DNA of 64,000 bases from Magallana gigas (lineage: Eukaryota), in the NCBI RefSeq assembly GCF_963853765.1, contig NC_088855.1, forward strand, positions 59,644,001 to 59,708,000, in the 5' to 3' direction. Below the pieces are notes generated by a model that saw nothing but the letters and a program-made list of their open reading frames with translations, was not told the origin of the DNA and did no database searches. Shown here piece after piece: positions 39,668-49,170 of the stretch; position 1 is the stretch's first letter, and every line of letters starts with the position of its first letter. The position numbers were made by a program, and so were the translations under genes.

Positions 39668-41735
39668 TCAGTTCTTTCCTTTCAGTTTCTTTATCTTCAG
39701 TTGTAGGTATTCAATCTCTAGTTGTATCTTCTGTACTGCCAGATCATCCATACTTGTACTGTGGTTCATTAAATGGCACTCACATATTTTCTCTATATTT
39801 GCAAAACATGAAAAAGGAAAGACAGAATGAGATGTAAGGATAACATGTCTCGTATAACGCAAGTCAAAACATGTATTAAAACTCTTGTCTTACTCTAACG
39901 TCTAGACCCGCCACAATACTTAATAAAAATCAATCGTTTTATGCGATGCACTTTTGAAAACTACGCTGTGTGAAATAAAACTCTTTTAAGGTATTTATAT
40001 TCTTGATATGTTGTTCCAAAATGCAATATTAAAGGAAATGTTGCTTTTACCAGGACAATCTCCCGATATTTTGTCACATGTTTCGTTGCACTCTGATGGA
40101 CATTTCTTCTCGCATAACCGTCCAAAGAATCCATCGGGACAACCTTCACTGCAGTTGACTCCATATTTTCCAGGCGTACACTCTATCAAAAAGAATATTA
40201 TATTTATACATTTGTTTGGGGTTTCTTATTATCAGTACATGTACATGTAAATTGGTTAACTATATTTCGTAAACCTTAGTGATGATATTATGATATTGAA
40301 ATGTCATTAGTCTTATACCGATCAAATCTTAAATTCGCGACACCTATCAAATAGTCCAATCCACACTTTTCAAAATTGTTTACCTTTGAGGGGTCAACCC
40401 AAAGGTCAGAAGGGAAAAACCAAACTTTTTCCTTCTTTAGGCTACCAAATATTTGGGCGTCCTGTGATAAAATTTCTTTGAATTTAATTTATTTCTTCAA
40501 TGTGTGGGTTGCCCCATCCTAGGGCAATCAAAATTCACAACGGAAACGGAATTTTATTGCCAAATGAAAAGTTACAAACCTCTAAAATACAAAGGCTACT
40601 GTAAGAAACCTATAGGTTTTTCCCCAAAGATGGCGGCCAGGGGACATAACTTTTGTAAAGTGTGGATTGGTCTATACAGGACAGGAAACCAAGTCTTGCT
40701 ACAGGTGTTGCATATAGCAGAACCAAATACTGTGGAATCATATAAATTCGTGGGGGCAAATTTTCGTGGATTATGGGTTTTATGCTTATTCTTGGGGGAT
40801 GCAATTTCGTGGATTGGTCGGTTTTCAGTTTCAGTAAGAATAGTTACTCTTTCAAAATCTGTTTTCGTCGAGGATGTATATTCGTGGGGGAGGGCTACCC
40901 AGGAATACCACGAAAATTGAGCCACCACGAATTCTAATGATTCCACAGTAGTAGGGTATATGTTGTTCGTATCCAATTTAGTTTTGTTTCATAATTATTA
41001 TTTCACTGAAGAACTTTTTTATATTCCCTGGACTATTCCCACCCTTTGTCCTTATCTTTTTCATTAATATGTATACATTATACAAAACCATGGGCTTACA
41101 TCATATAACTGTTGAAACATTAATTTATCATATCATTGTCAATTCACATCATTATTTACTTATTCAAAACAAAACGCATATGTCATATTTGTATTTATCT
41201 TATTATCAATGTCTTGTATTGCTTCTTTTCAAATTTCGATCCTCTGAAAACCAAAACATGTTTTAACTATTATCATGTTACCTGGGCACTCTCCCGATAT
41301 TACGTCACATGTTTGGTCACACTGTAATGGACATACGTCCTTACATAAACGTCCATAGTATCCTTCCGGACAAGCTTCACTGCAGTTCACTCCATAAGTC
41401 CCCGCCGGGCACTCTAATGAAAATAAAATCGTATGTTCATTTTGTCAGATTTAATTATATAAATTTATTTTTCGGTAATTGTCAAAGTTCAGTATATACC
41501 TATGCACCTGTTCCCGTCAAATATATAGTTTGAGCAGCAAATATTGTATCTGTAAAATTGAAAATGGAGATTAACATATGTTAACAGCTGTTCATGTTCT
41601 GGTGGTGGTATTGTATGACAGTATCGACCAGTAACCTTACCCACACAGACTGGGATCCACCAAGACTGAGCCCAGACACAAATGGACACCAATAACCAGC
41701 AGTGCCGACTTGTAAAGATGTACTGTGTCCTCCAT
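39668..41735 (-). CDS. Secreted two-EGF protein with coiled-coil tail, copy E (177 aa)
   Basis: Exons 41735-41641 (signal), 41549-41500, 41413-41282, 40182-40051, 39792-39668 (EKICEC...VQKIQLEIEYLQLKIKKLKGKN*); 534 nt in frame; no TM segment. Confidence 0.75.
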
Positions 41736-43472
41736 GTCTTTAAAGAGCAGTATATGTGCTGGTGACAACTTCCCTGTGTATTTCTGTTAAATCTATATTT
41801 TGCCCTCTTGATTTTATGTAATACATAAATTTTCTCTAACAGGAAAATAACTCTTGTTTCCTCATTCTGATGTGACTTTTGGAAAATCATAAATACAGGA
41901 AAAAAGTTTGAATTTATTTATATTTGATACATGGGCATCGTACAATAGCGATGATTTCAAATTAATTACTCAACATAATGATATTGTGAAGGGAAAGTAT
42001 CTGAAAATAAAATTTCTTGTTTGCCAATGAACATGAACGTTATAATTTCATAATTGTTATGCTACCGATATGATGAGAAAACAGATATCATGCCACGCGT
42101 TTTACGATAAAAAAAAAGAAGAAGAAGGAAGTTACTCCTTTGTAGCAGAATATAGCAGAATATTAAATATCAATATTTAATATAACTGACCTTTTGGCGT
42201 CCAATAACATTACATTTATAGAGTAAACAGGATATACATAGACATCATCTCACATTTTGTTCAGTAATATTGTATTTTTGTTTCTAGAAAACAGAACCTT
42301 TGCTTTTAAAAACCATTGTATTTCAAAGTATACACAAGAATAATTTTTAATTGCATGTTAAGTAAAAAACATATTCTATAAAAAGCAACTAAATTATTTT
42401 GATTTTGCAGGTTATTTGCAAAAGTACAACCATTTGTTTAATTGAAAATGACAAAAAAATAGAAGATTCAATTTAAGTACAATACAATAAACTACTGTGT
42501 AATCATTAAATTTCGTGGTGGCTCAATTTTCGTGGAATTCGTGGATACCTCTCATCCACGAATGAACATCCTCCACAAATTAAAAAAGATGGTAATAAAG
42601 TAACATTCCCTTTTGTCAATACAAGAGAATACACGAAATTACGTCCCAAAAAACCTGTAAAATTTAAGCTATCCACGAAAATTGGCCCCCACGAAATTTA
42701 ATGATTCCACGGTATACTTTAAAATATATACATTGGCAATTTACGTAAGTGAGTACAAATATAAAAATAGCATCAATTAATCATCTTTTCAGAAAACAAA
42801 TTGATCGTACTGATCAATCAATAGCACAAAATAGATTCAGAGCTAGCGTCCTGCGTGGTGTCGACGCCATTTCAGATCAATCATTAAATGTTGTAAATTA
42901 TCTTTCAATGTTAGATCATCTTATCTTACACCAGCACAGCTCACTAACCATCCAATGTAATTTTAAGGAAAATAAATAACGCAAAAGTTGCTCTGCTGTT
43001 TTGTAACTTTCCTTTGGACTTTCGATTTTGAACACTTTTTGTTATCACCATGTTTCATAGAAAATTTCAAGATGCATTTCAAAAAGTTACATAAAAAGTC
43101 TACTCCAAATTCATGACCAGACTACTTTAATCGAATTGTAATCAATCAAAAGTAATAGCACGCCTTTTTACAATCAACAGAGTATATCTTTTTGATATAC
43201 ATGTAATATGTTGCTACTTTAATGAACGTTGTCATTAAATAGACAAACACAGCTTAAGCGCACTCATGTCCTGTCATTTATTTACAGATGAAATACATGT
43301 ATATATCCCTTTACAAATTTTGATTTATTATCACAAAGTTTAAATAAGATTAACAAATGAAAACATCAAATAAATTAGCTTATACAATGGTATTCAATAA
43401 CAATCTTAGAGTCAATCTGAAGCGTCAAAGTTTATAACGTTTATACTTTATTACTTCCTCTTGATTATTTAT
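41263..43472. repeat. 2,210-bp direct duplication, copy 1 (copy 2 at 49171-51380)
   Basis: Constant offset of 7908; ORF-track translations are identical in both copies. Confidence 0.95.
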
Positions 43473-43838
43473 ACAAGGAAATAAGAACAAGATATGTGAT
43501 TTTATAGTTTTATTTGGCGAACATTGGCCGTGGCATATTACTTTGTGGGATGCCAATAAACACACAACTTTTGGGCAAACCCACACAAAATCAACAAATG
43601 CATCAAAATTTATACAACACACAACATATGTTAAATGGCCACCCCGGGTAAACCGCGGGTGGTTACTTATTTAAATGTAAGTTATATGCACAAAACAATG
43701 TGAATCCACATCAAGCAAATATTTTACAAACAAAATGGTTTAGCATTTTACCCCCCTTCACAGTTCAATGGTGACAACTTCACAATAATACAAAGCTTAC
43801 ATAGGCCTCAGTTGCTTTGGTGTGCGCAAGCGCCACAT
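43464..43838 (-). repeat. Split direct repeat B2 (375 bp; B1 at 44228-44602)
   Basis: Matching sequence at offset 764. Confidence 0.95.
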
Positions 43839-44003
43839 CAGTGCTTATGCCACGACATTTCTTGAAAAGAACCAATAGATACGCCTTCCAATGTTATAAT
43901 CTGCAAAATCAAAGGAAAAGCCAGCAGCAAAAAAACAAAAAAACAAGCATATATCTGCATTGAAAACTTTATTTCCTAAACAAATTGGGAAAGGGTGGGC
44001 GGG

Positions 44004-44133
44004 ATATTTAAGGCGGATGCAAGAACTTTACAGCATATAATTTAAAAAAAATTCTCCCATACAATTTTTCAACCTACTCCTATTCAGCAACTTTTGGAAA
44101 AGGATGTTGATCCCGAGCTTCCAGACTTAAATA
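44004..44133 (-). repeat. Split direct repeat A2 (130 bp; A1 at 49041-49170)
   Basis: Matching atatttaaggcgg...ccagacttaaata in both places. Confidence 0.95.
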
Positions 44134-44705
44134 ATAAAAGAAGGCCGCAGGCCGATCCCGACCAAAATTAAGATAACCCTTTCCCGTAAAATAAAGTCAT
44201 CGATTTTATATGCATAAAATAGATGGTATTATTTATACAAGGAAATAAGAACAAGATATGTGATTTTATAGTTTTATTTGGCGAACATTGGCCGTGGCAT
44301 ATTACTTTGTGGGATGCCAATAAACACACAACTTTTGGGCAAACCCACACAAAATCAACAAATGCATCAAAATTTATACAACACACAACATATGTTAAAT
44401 GGCCACCCCGGGTAAACCGCGGGTGGTTACTTATTTAAATGTAAGTTATATGCACAAAACAATGTGAATCCACATCAAGCAAATATTTTACAAACAAAAT
44501 GGTTTAGCATTTTACCCCCCTTCACAGTTCAATGGTGACAACTTCACAATAATACAAAGCTTACATAGGCCTCAGTTGCTTTGGTGTGCGCAAGCGCCAC
44601 ATGACAGCGAACAATTAAAGGAGAGTTCGCAGTCATCCCACACATGGGGGAGCACCCAAGCAACTGAAAAAAGCCCCCACGAACCAATGTTCTCTGGAAC
44701 AAGTT

Positions 44706-45284
44706 TTAAGGATATACCTGCCCCAGTTGCGACTGGAAGAATTCTAATCCCCCTTGGAAATTATTGAGGAAGAGCTTATTTCCTAACTCGTTGAGATGGA
44801 CGCCATCAGGCATCAGAAATTGGGACATGTTTCTCAACAGATCAGGGTGCTTAATGTAACAACCCCCCAATTTTAAAACTGATGAGGCAGCTACCCTATT
44901 GGCCTTGAGACGGCATCTCTCCATTGCTTTGTTATCATTAGAATACCTCCATTTAATTCGTGGAAGCATCTGTGACCAAACAAGTGTGGACTGTGGAAAT
45001 TGAACTTTAATAAATTGTAAGTGGGTTTTAATTTTTTGAATTAATGAAAACAGATCAATAGCCCCAATATCATTCACCCCACAGTGAATAATTAAGTAGT
45101 CTGGTGATTCTTCATATTGTGTTAGAAAAAAGAGCTTTCTTTTCAGCTCCAAAAACTTCAAACCTGAATATCCTTGCCACCAAATATTCATATTCAATCT
45201 ATCCAGTCCTAGATTTGATCCCCCCGGTCTGCATACTGATGCCATCATAGCATTCTTGATAATAGATGAGCCCACACACCACAC
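44706..45284 (-). CDS. SGNH/GDSL-type hydrolase ORF of the retrotransposon
   Basis: Blocks VGSS, GG, HCGVND and DGVHLN all present; the ORF-track start is GTG, so the true start is uncertain. Confidence 0.8.
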   Translation of the reverse strand: MWCVGSSIIKNAMMASVCRPGGSNLGLDRLNMNIWWQGYSGLKFLELKRKLFFLTQYEESPDYLIIHCGVNDIGAIDLFSLIQKIKTHLQFIKVQFPQSTLVWSQMLPRIKWRYSNDNKAMERCRLKANRVAASSVLKLGGCYIKHPDLLRNMSQFLMPDGVHLNELGNKLFLNNFQGGLEFFQSQLGQVYP

Positions 45285-45348
45285 TGTAACTTCAGGGACC
45301 TCTACAATTCCAGCAAGAATAAGTATTGAACCTGATTACTTTTAAAAA

Positions 45349-46350
45349 TTACATCTTATTTGTTCCTAACATCTGCCCAATAGGACATCTTATGTATGTC
45401 CTATATGCCCTAGACTTCCAACGGCCTGCTTCCATTATAATATCCTGTGTGCACCCAGCCTCAAATGCTAAAGTGGCTGCCCCTATACGAAACGAATGGG
45501 CCCTATAATGTCCCTCAACTCCAAGAGCATGAAGTGCTTTTTCTAAAATAGCTGAGAACTGATACCTAGTAAGAGGGTTCTTTCCCAAATGAATGAACAA
45601 TGGGCCTTTAATTTTTGGTCGAACAGCAAGATAATCAATCAAACCTGCTACTGGACACAAAATTCCCTCAATTCTATCAATGACCAGAGAAACACCCTTC
45701 CTATCCTGATCAGTTTTTGAGCTTTTTATGAGTACCAAGAGCTTGGAGTAATTAGCTTGAAACTGTACATCTGTCACTTGCAATATTGAATGAACACCAT
45801 TACCAGTAGACAATGCAAATTCCCCTATTCTGAGAAAACCAAAGAAAGCTAATAAATATGCAGCTCGAAACAACTTTGTTTCATAGGTATCATGACAAAT
45901 ACCTGGTAAAGTCTCCACAAGTTGTTTGAGTAATTCCAAGGTTATAGGTAACCTTGCATCAGCAGACCTACCAATTCTTCTCATACCTTCAAGAACCTTC
46001 AGAACAAGGAAGTTTTTTGTTTCATCAACCAAATTTTGAACTTTGCATTGAAAACTAATGGATGATAAGTAAGACCTAGCCGTAGCATAAGAACATTTCT
46101 TAAGTGACAAATAAGAAACAAATTGAACAACGTCCCTGAGTGGTGGGGGCCATAAAATCTCGTACCCAAATTCTCTCCGGAAATTAAAAAATGATCTTAG
46201 CCCTGTTTCATAAGATGTCTTGGTGTTGCTGGAGATTGAAGCATCTAACAATTTGTTCATTTGAATCTGTAAATCATGTTGACTAATTCTAATGGAATTG
46301 GGTCTGGTCTGGTGTGTGCCTCTGGTGCCAACCTCTTGAAGCGGTACCAC
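45349..46350 (-). CDS. Tyrosine recombinase
   Basis: FLRIGE, HSFRIGAAT and GRWKSRAYRTY catalytic motifs. Confidence 0.92.
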   Translation of the reverse strand: MVPLQEVGTRGTHQTRPNSIRISQHDLQIQMNKLLDASISSNTKTSYETGLRSFFNFRREFGYEILWPPPLRDVVQFVSYLSLKKCSYATARSYLSSISFQCKVQNLVDETKNFLVLKVLEGMRRIGRSADARLPITLELLKQLVETLPGICHDTYETKLFRAAYLLAFFGFLRIGEFALSTGNGVHSILQVTDVQFQANYSKLLVLIKSSKTDQDRKGVSLVIDRIEGILCPVAGLIDYLAVRPKIKGPLFIHLGKNPLTRYQFSAILEKALHALGVEGHYRAHSFRIGAATLAFEAGCTQDIIMEAGRWKSRAYRTYIRCPIGQMLGTNKM

Positions 46351-47972
46351 TGTTTGCGAGACAAAGAATCTGCAACTTTGTTATCCAAGCTAAATATGTG
46401 TTTTGCCCTAAATATAACATTGTTCATCATAAGTCTAAAAACCAAATGTCTTACCAATTCCATAACTCTTTTTGATTTGGAAGATTGGGTATTGATGACA
46501 CTTACTAGTGAAAGGTTATCCACATGGAACTGAACCTTTTTGTGTTGCAACCTAATTCCCCATAACTCTATTGCTAATACTACAGGTATGAGCTCTAAAA
46601 AAGTCATGTCCCTCAAAATGTCTTGGTTGTTCCAATGAGCTGGCCACTGTAGAAAAAACCAACTCCCCCTAAAGTAACCCCCACAACCTAAATGACCTGA
46701 GCCTGCACTATCTGTAAATAATTGCAAAATGCTAGAATCTTCCCATACAGTATCAGGAAAATATGCTACCCCATTGAAGTGGTCTAAGAACACAAGCCAC
46801 ATTTTAAGGTCACTTTTAATTCCAACTGATAATCTTATGTGATGGTGTGGCTTAAAAACCCCTCTAAATGCATCATACATTCTTCGAATAAAGGCTCTAC
46901 TAGACCTGATTGCCTTTGAGAAAAAATTCAGCATTCCAACTAATGATTGCATTTCTTGCAACCTAACCTTTTCTCTACCTAAAAAGCTCTCAATTAGGTT
47001 CCTAAGGATATTTACCTTTGCTTCTGGGATCCTAATAATCATCTCCAATGTATCTATTTCAAAACCTAGAAATATTAACTTAGTTGTTGGGCCTGAAGTT
47101 TTATCATGAGCTAGTGGTACCCCTATTTCTTTAGCTAAGTGACTAAAAGTAGACATAAGTATTGCACATTCTTGACTTCCACACCTTCCTGCAAAAATGA
47201 AATCATCCAAATAATGATCTAAGGTATTCAGCCCAGACTTAAACTGTGTCAGCCAATGTAGAAAAGTTGCGAATGTTTCCCAAATTTTGCAACTTATAGA
47301 ACATCCCATGGGAAGACATTTGTCTATGTAATATGAGCCATCTACCGAGAAGCCTAACAAATCAAAATCCCCTGGATAGATAGGAATTAAACGAAATGCA
47401 CTTTTAACATCCATCTTCCCTATCAAGGCACCCCTTCCCAAACTGGCAATCATGTCAACTACACCATCAAAAGATGCATATTGAACTGTACATAAATCTG
47501 GATCTATAAAGTCATTGATCCCACGATCACTAGGGTAGGATAAATGAGTTATCATTCGCCACCCCCCATCCGATTTTGGAACAATGCCAACTGGCGAAAT
47601 GTGAAGGTTGGAAATAGGCAGTTGGTCAAAAGGACCCATAATCCTGCCCAGCTTAATTTCTTTACTTATCTTATCCATCAAATGATCATGGTGTTCAGTT
47701 GCAGACTTGAGATTTTTTGAATACACATGAAACCTTGGGCCAGTATAATTAATTTCAAAACCTTTGGAAAAACCATTTTTTAAATAATTAGCAGCATATT
47801 TGTCTGGGTATGATTGTAAATACTCATCTAACACTTTAGTTCTAATAGGGGAAGTTCCTAGGGCCCATATATCTTTGTGGTCTTGGGGTTTGTGTTGGGT
47901 GTGACACAGGGGGTCTAAACTGGGATTGTCCCTGCAATGGTGCCCTGGGGCGATTTGTGGCCTTGAACACAT
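46257..47972 (-). CDS. Reverse transcriptase / RNase H
   Basis: KMDVKSAF, LPMG and YLDD motifs; DIRS-type RNase H FTDSAG...LEL...HVDN. Confidence 0.93.
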   Translation of the reverse strand: MCSRPQIAPGHHCRDNPSLDPLCHTQHKPQDHKDIWALGTSPIRTKVLDEYLQSYPDKYAANYLKNGFSKGFEINYTGPRFHVYSKNLKSATEHHDHLMDKISKEIKLGRIMGPFDQLPISNLHISPVGIVPKSDGGWRMITHLSYPSDRGINDFIDPDLCTVQYASFDGVVDMIASLGRGALIGKMDVKSAFRLIPIYPGDFDLLGFSVDGSYYIDKCLPMGCSISCKIWETFATFLHWLTQFKSGLNTLDHYLDDFIFAGRCGSQECAILMSTFSHLAKEIGVPLAHDKTSGPTTKLIFLGFEIDTLEMIIRIPEAKVNILRNLIESFLGREKVRLQEMQSLVGMLNFFSKAIRSSRAFIRRMYDAFRGVFKPHHHIRLSVGIKSDLKMWLVFLDHFNGVAYFPDTVWEDSSILQLFTDSAGSGHLGCGGYFRGSWFFLQWPAHWNNQDILRDMTFLELIPVVLAIELWGIRLQHKKVQFHVDNLSLVSVINTQSSKSKRVMELVRHLVFRLMMNNVIFRAKHIFSLDNKVADSLSRKQWYRFKRLAPEAHTRPDPIPLELVNMIYRFK

Positions 47973-48834
47973 GGTTAGAAAGGGGACACTGGTATTGTGG
48001 ATGAGCCCCTGAACATCTTATACACTTATGCATGTACTGACAAGACGGTCTGTCACAAATTCCCTTGAAATTGAAATTATAGCACTTGTTAAATGCTGGG
48101 CTATTTGGGCTAAGTGTAACTTTAGATTGCGGAGATGATGTCATAAACATCAACCATAACTCATAGTCTACTTTAGACCATTGTTTGGTGGGATCGATAC
48201 TGCGGCGAAGTCTAAATTGTTCATCATATTTCTTCCAGCCCAAATCTCCCTCCCCACATCTTGATGCCCCTAGTCTAATGTCATGCAAATATTTCAGAAG
48301 ACCTTGAAAAGATTCTGGATGGGCCGAAGCATAGATACTTGCATAAACTAAAAATGCATCTGTCCATCTACTGATAGATTGAATCTTTATGCTGGGCCTA
48401 ACTACCTCTCTTGTGACCAACTCACCCTTATCATTAAAAAATATTCTTTTCTCTGAAGATTCCGTCAGAGAAGTATTATCAAGCAATAAGCTAATGTCAA
48501 TGTATGACGAACTGATAATTTTTGATTTCAATGAGTTAGAGACATTGCTAGATAACAATGTATGAATGCTATCGACGTATTGACTTTCAACACCAATGCT
48601 TGTACCTGATTGAATAGCTAAAGCAGGAACAGGTGTTGGGGGCAAACTTTGGTTCACGGTTGCCACATCTTCACTTTCTATTGCGATGGCGCATTCCCTG
48701 CTTCGTGATGGACCTGGTTCCTGAGATGCCTGATCGTCAGTGGATGGAGCTGATCGCTCGGGTCTTGACCTCTTTGACCTTGATCCCTTCCCCTCGTGGT
48801 GTCTGCAATTCCGCTTATTATTTTTTGGTGGCAT
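47842..48834 (-). CDS. Gag-like ORF1 with C-terminal Cys/His zinc-finger region
   Basis: 330-aa ORF overlapping the RT ORF; CYNFNFKGICDRPSCQYMHKCIRCSGAHPQYQC. Confidence 0.85.
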   Translation of the reverse strand: MPPKNNKRNCRHHEGKGSRSKRSRPERSAPSTDDQASQEPGPSRSRECAIAIESEDVATVNQSLPPTPVPALAIQSGTSIGVESQYVDSIHTLLSSNVSNSLKSKIISSSYIDISLLLDNTSLTESSEKRIFFNDKGELVTREVVRPSIKIQSISRWTDAFLVYASIYASAHPESFQGLLKYLHDIRLGASRCGEGDLGWKKYDEQFRLRRSIDPTKQWSKVDYELWLMFMTSSPQSKVTLSPNSPAFNKCYNFNFKGICDRPSCQYMHKCIRCSGAHPQYQCPLSNHVFKATNRPRAPLQGQSQFRPPVSHPTQTPRPQRYMGPRNFPY

Positions 48835-49170
48835 TTCCGCTCATTAAAATGAACAATACACATACAATAACTCACTTGAGATTAAAAACACGATTTTAAA
48901 AAAAAATACAAATTATATGTATAGTGCCTACTGATAACACCCTGCTTTTAATCCGGCCCCATCAATAGAAAATATAGACGCCAGATTAAAATTAATGTAA
49001 AACACAATTAACTTGTCTATCCGTTAATGAAATTTCATATATATTTAAGGCGGATGCAAGAACTTTACAGCATATAATTTAAAAAAAATTCTCCCATACA
49101 ATTTTTCAACCTACTCCTATTCAGCAACTTTTGGAAAAGGATGTTGATCCCGAGCTTCCAGACTTAAATA

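Larger units (their letters stand above)
43464..49170 (-). mobile_element. Full-length Ngaro-type (DIRS order) tyrosine-recombinase retrotransposon
   Basis: Split direct repeats A1 49170-49041, B1 44602-44228, A2 44133-44004, B2 43838-43464 around overlapping gag, RT/RH, YR and hydrolase ORFs. Confidence 0.93.

Noticed and set aside
40504-40976. Overlapping antiparallel 126-138-aa ORFs
   Set aside because: They lie in an intron over a MITE and repeat sequence and have no recognisable domain
41489-41890. 133-aa ORF, also at 49397-49798
   Set aside because: Chance read-through spanning the signal exon (in a different frame), an intron and the CC exon
43425-44438. Short ORFs in the B repeats
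   Set aside because: Duplicated only because they fall in the non-coding split repeats
45349-46350. Phage or bacterial integrase, horizontal transfer or contamination
   Set aside because: The ORF overlaps a DIRS-type RT within split direct repeats, the standard architecture of eukaryotic YR retrotransposons
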